Assembly (NCBI GenBank): GCA_046484135.1
Contig: JAWOBU010000129.1
Span: 1-10,091 of the forward strand
Direction: 5' to 3'
Length of the DNA stretch: 10,091 nucleotides
Source of the DNA: a bacterium
Lineage (GTDB): Bacteria; RBG-13-61-14; DATKZS01
Each line of letters starts with the position of its first letter. Position 1 is the first letter of the stretch. The notes under the pieces are model-generated. The model searched no databases. It was not told the origin of the DNA and saw only the letters and a list, made by a program, of their open reading frames with translations. Below are positions 7,449 to 10,091 of this stretch, in pieces. The position numbers and the translations under genes are program-made.

Positions 7449-9860
7449 ATGGGAAAGTTTCCACGAAGCGTTAATACCAGCCGCATACTTTTATGGGCGG
7501 TTCTGGCCCTGTTCGGCACCGGCGCCCTCGCCGGCGTAACCGAGAGCAGGAAACCCCGTTTCCAGGACCTTGTCAGTACCAAGGTCCGCGGTGCGGCTTT
7601 CGAGCTGTTGATGAAACTGCTTCCCCATGGCATGATAAACCCCGCGATTGACCGGGACGAGCCGTTCTCTTACTTTGCGCGGCCCAGTTACCAGCTCGGC
7701 ATCAGGGGAGAGCCTTACGCCACCCAGGTCATAGACGGGCAACTGTGGACCGGTTCCGCGGAATGGATGGTCCTCTTCGGCGACCCGCCCGCGCCGCACC
7801 GCCAGCGCATCTACACCCTTTATAAAGGGTATCTTCCCTGCATAACTTACACGGTGGAAAAGAAAGGAGTTCATTACACGGTCCGTGCTTTCCAGTTCTG
7901 GCTCGATGAGACGGACCAGTCGCTGCCGGTAAACTTCGTACAGGTAAAAGCCGCAAACCAGGGTGCCGACAGCGCCCGCGCCCGGTTCGCCGGCGGATTC
8001 CGCTATGGCCTCAAGGACCACCGCTGCAAGCAGATGAAACAGGTCTACTTCAATCCACTCTGGCGCTATCGCATGACAGAACACGCCGCGGTCCGCGACA
8101 ATAAGATCATCTACACCATGGGAGAGTCCCCCGATCGGATGCAGTCGCGGCCCGGCCATACTTACGAAAAGGAGTTCCCGGTGCTTTCCAGGAAGTCCCC
8201 CTGCTGCCTTGCTTTGTATCAAAGAGAGCTCGGCCCCGGCGAGTCCTTTACCGCCGAGTTCGCAGTGCCCCAGTATCCTGCTTCTCTTTCGGACAAAGAC
8301 CGTCTTTTGGAGGCCTCCTTTTCCGAGCGGCTCGAGGCCATGGAGTCTTACTGGGAAGGCTGGCTTTCCAAGGGCGCGAGCTTCAGCGTGCCGGAGAACA
8401 AGGTGGTGGACGCTTCCCGCTCTTATATAATCCATGCTCTCATGAGCCAGGACGTGGTCTCCGACCGGGAGGTCGAGCAACACGTGAACCGGCTTCAATA
8501 CAACCGGTTCTGGCTTCGGGACTCCGCGTTCTTTGTTTCCATGTATGAAAAGTACGGCTACCAGGACGTTGCCAGGCGGCTTCTGCGGCACTTTTTCGAT
8601 TTTCAGAACGATGAGGGCAACTTCCTGAGCCAACCCGGCCAGCTTGACGGGTGGGGCCAGTCCATGTGGGCCCTGGGCGAGCACGCCCGGTTCACGCGCG
8701 AGCGCGAGTTCGCCCGCGAGTCCTTGCCTTACGTGCGGCGGGCGGTGGACTGGCTCGAGCGCGAGGTCTCGAACGACTCGTGGGGGGTGATGCCTCCCAC
8801 CGACGCGTTTGACAACGAGATGATAAGAGGCCGTTACACCGGCCATAACTTCTGGGCCTTGAACGGCCTGTCCGGCGCGATCAGCATCTGCGAGCTTCTC
8901 GGCGAACACGAGCTTGCCGCGGAGTACTCCTCGTTCCGGGAGGACTACCGCGGGCATTTCCTGTCGGTTCTGCGGGAGGTGGCGAGAAAGCGAAATGGAG
9001 TGATTCCTCCCGGCCTGGACGTTCCGGGCGGCACTTCCTGGGGCAATCTTCTGCCGGTGTATCCCGGCAGGATCATGGACCCTTTCGATCCGCTGGTGAC
9101 CGCTACTTTTGACGACTACCGCAACAACCACATGGAGGAAGGCATCGGCACCTGGCATAAATGGCTCCACCATTACCTAACCGAACGGGTGGCCCAGACC
9201 GCCCTGGTCCGGGGCGAACAGGAGAAAGCTCTTCATGAATTTTACTCCATGCTTTTGCACACCGGCTCCTGCCACGAGGGGTTCGAGTGGACCATCTTTC
9301 CCTGGGACAACCGCGACTACTGCATTGACATGGGGACCTCCCAGTTCTGCAACTTCCCGCCCCACGGCTGGTACGCCGCGGACCTGAACATCCTTTTCCG
9401 CAACATGCTGGTGCGGGAGGAGGGCGAGACCCTTCACCTGGCGTCCGCCATTTCGCCCGAATGGGCCCGGCCCGGCGAGCGCGTCTCGGTTGAAAACGCG
9501 CCCACCTACTGGGGCAAGCTGAGCTACGTGATCGAGTTCAGGCTGGAAGGAGCCGTGCTTAATTTCTCGCTGCAAGAGACCGAGACCAACCATGCCAAGC
9601 CGGAGAAGGTCCGGTTCCATCTTCCCTACTTCGTGAAGACGCACTCCGTAACCATGGACGGCAGAGCTCTCGAGTTTGAAAAAGAAGCTCTAGACCTGCC
9701 TCCCTCTTGCTTTAACGGCGAGAAAAAGGAGTGTACCTTGCGGTTTGAGTGGGAGCGCCTGCCCGCGGAGGAGCTGAGTTACGAAAACATGGTCGAGTGG
9801 TACAAGGCCGAGTACCGCCGGAGGTGGAAGGAGTCAAAGGGTAAGTTTTCCTCGATGTAG
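7449..9860 (+). CDS. Exported six-hairpin (alpha/alpha)6 glycoside-hydrolase-like protein, 803 aa; family unresolved
   Basis: GAGAGAGG lies 6 nt before the ATG. Sec-type signal peptide (basic N-region, ILLWAVLALFG, ALA at residues 26-28). Central QYNRFWLRDSAF matches the Y-x3-W-x-R-D motif of GH15/GH63/GH100/debranching-like barrels. Also GQLDGWGQSMWAL, DNE, HNFWALNGL and PHGW, then a beta-rich tail (VENAPTYWGKLSY). The CDS is confident; the function is inferred. Confidence 0.75.
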   Translation: MGKFPRSVNTSRILLWAVLALFGTGALAGVTESRKPRFQDLVSTKVRGAAFELLMKLLPHGMINPAIDRDEPFSYFARPSYQLGIRGEPYATQVIDGQLWTGSAEWMVLFGDPPAPHRQRIYTLYKGYLPCITYTVEKKGVHYTVRAFQFWLDETDQSLPVNFVQVKAANQGADSARARFAGGFRYGLKDHRCKQMKQVYFNPLWRYRMTEHAAVRDNKIIYTMGESPDRMQSRPGHTYEKEFPVLSRKSPCCLALYQRELGPGESFTAEFAVPQYPASLSDKDRLLEASFSERLEAMESYWEGWLSKGASFSVPENKVVDASRSYIIHALMSQDVVSDREVEQHVNRLQYNRFWLRDSAFFVSMYEKYGYQDVARRLLRHFFDFQNDEGNFLSQPGQLDGWGQSMWALGEHARFTREREFARESLPYVRRAVDWLEREVSNDSWGVMPPTDAFDNEMIRGRYTGHNFWALNGLSGAISICELLGEHELAAEYSSFREDYRGHFLSVLREVARKRNGVIPPGLDVPGGTSWGNLLPVYPGRIMDPFDPLVTATFDDYRNNHMEEGIGTWHKWLHHYLTERVAQTALVRGEQEKALHEFYSMLLHTGSCHEGFEWTIFPWDNRDYCIDMGTSQFCNFPPHGWYAADLNILFRNMLVREEGETLHLASAISPEWARPGERVSVENAPTYWGKLSYVIEFRLEGAVLNFSLQETETNHAKPEKVRFHLPYFVKTHSVTMDGRALEFEKEALDLPPSCFNGEKKECTLRFEWERLPAEELSYENMVEWYKAEYRRRWKESKGKFSSM

Positions 9861-9915
9861 TAGTCTTTTTTACTCTTTACGAGAAGATGATAAGTAATTG
9901 AATGTTCCGCTTCAG

Positions 9916-9944
9916 TTGGAAATGGAGTAAGCCTCCTGTAGAAT
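9916..9944 (+). promoter_or_regulatory. Predicted transposase promoter within the IS left end
   Basis: TTGGAA (9916-9921), 17-nt spacer, TAGAAT (9939-9944); SD AAAGGAGG at 9952-9959. Confidence 0.65.
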
Positions 9945-9966
9945 TATCATGAAAGGAGGCGTGATT

Positions 9967-10091
9967 ATGGGCAAGAAACAAAAGCGATTTACGGCTGAGG
10001 AGAAGGCGAAGATTTTGAGGCGTCATTTGGTGGACAGGGTGGCTGTTTCTGATCTTTGCGAGGAGCACGGTATTTCTCCGACCGTGTTCTA
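9967..10091 (+). CDS. IS3-family transposase OrfA, N-terminal HTH (partial)
   Basis: MGKKQKRFTAEEKAKILRRHLVDRVAVSDLCEEHGISPTVF... fits the HTH_Tnp_1 pattern (R-F-T-x-E-x-K-x-x-I...V-x-x-L-C-x-x-x-G-I-S). Strong SD 7 nt upstream. Not in the ORF track because there is no stop in the window. Confidence 0.88.
   Translation, partial: MGKKQKRFTAEEKAKILRRHLVDRVAVSDLCEEHGISPTVF

Larger units (their letters stand above)
9903..10091 (+). mobile_element. Left end of an IS3-family insertion sequence (truncated by the window edge)
   Basis: Begins 5'-TG (TGTTCCGCTTCAGTTGGAAATGGAG...) as IS3-family ends do, followed by a promoter, a strong SD and an OrfA-like HTH gene. The exact left boundary is inferred because the right inverted repeat is not in the window. 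Confidence 0.75.

Noticed and set aside
7412..9644. Minus-strand ORFs 7412..7633, 7491..9173, 7729..7956 and 9177..9644
   Set aside because: They are antisense shadows of the 803-aa gene, which has the SD, signal peptide and motifs.
9877..10068. 63-aa minus-strand ORF
   Set aside because: It is antisense to the IS OrfA and crosses the predicted IS boundary, with no recognisable features.
1..10091. CRISPR array, rRNA, prophage or defence-system genes
   Set aside because: No regularly spaced nucleotide repeats or matching protein motifs were seen. The only periodic repeat is the in-frame MCP coiled-coil unit.

Overview
Mostly core genome of a GC-rich bacterium, probably a deltaproteobacterium (Desulfobacterota/Myxococcota-like; inferred from the S21, RpoD and chemoreceptor sequences). 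The minus strand carries a compact macromolecular-synthesis operon, rpsU-yqeY-dnaG-rpoD, closed by an intrinsic terminator. After it comes a separately promoted pair: a 101-aa CxxC...CxxC protein and a large methyl-accepting chemotaxis protein. The receptor is missing from the ORF track because it runs off the left edge. It has six predicted TM helices and four tandem 28-aa repeats that give it a 64-heptad-class length. Divergent from rpsU is an 803-aa exported six-hairpin-glycosidase-like protein, followed by the left end of an IS3-family element cut by the right edge. I see no clearly new multi-gene system. The best leads are: (1) an identical 11-bp motif in the same register at the -35 of both minus-strand promoters; (2) face-to-face promoters and alternative RNA pairings in the rpsU leader; (3) the zinc-ribbon/64H receptor pair; (4) an anti-SD hairpin in the IS end. 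All promoter and RNA-structure calls are by-eye predictions.
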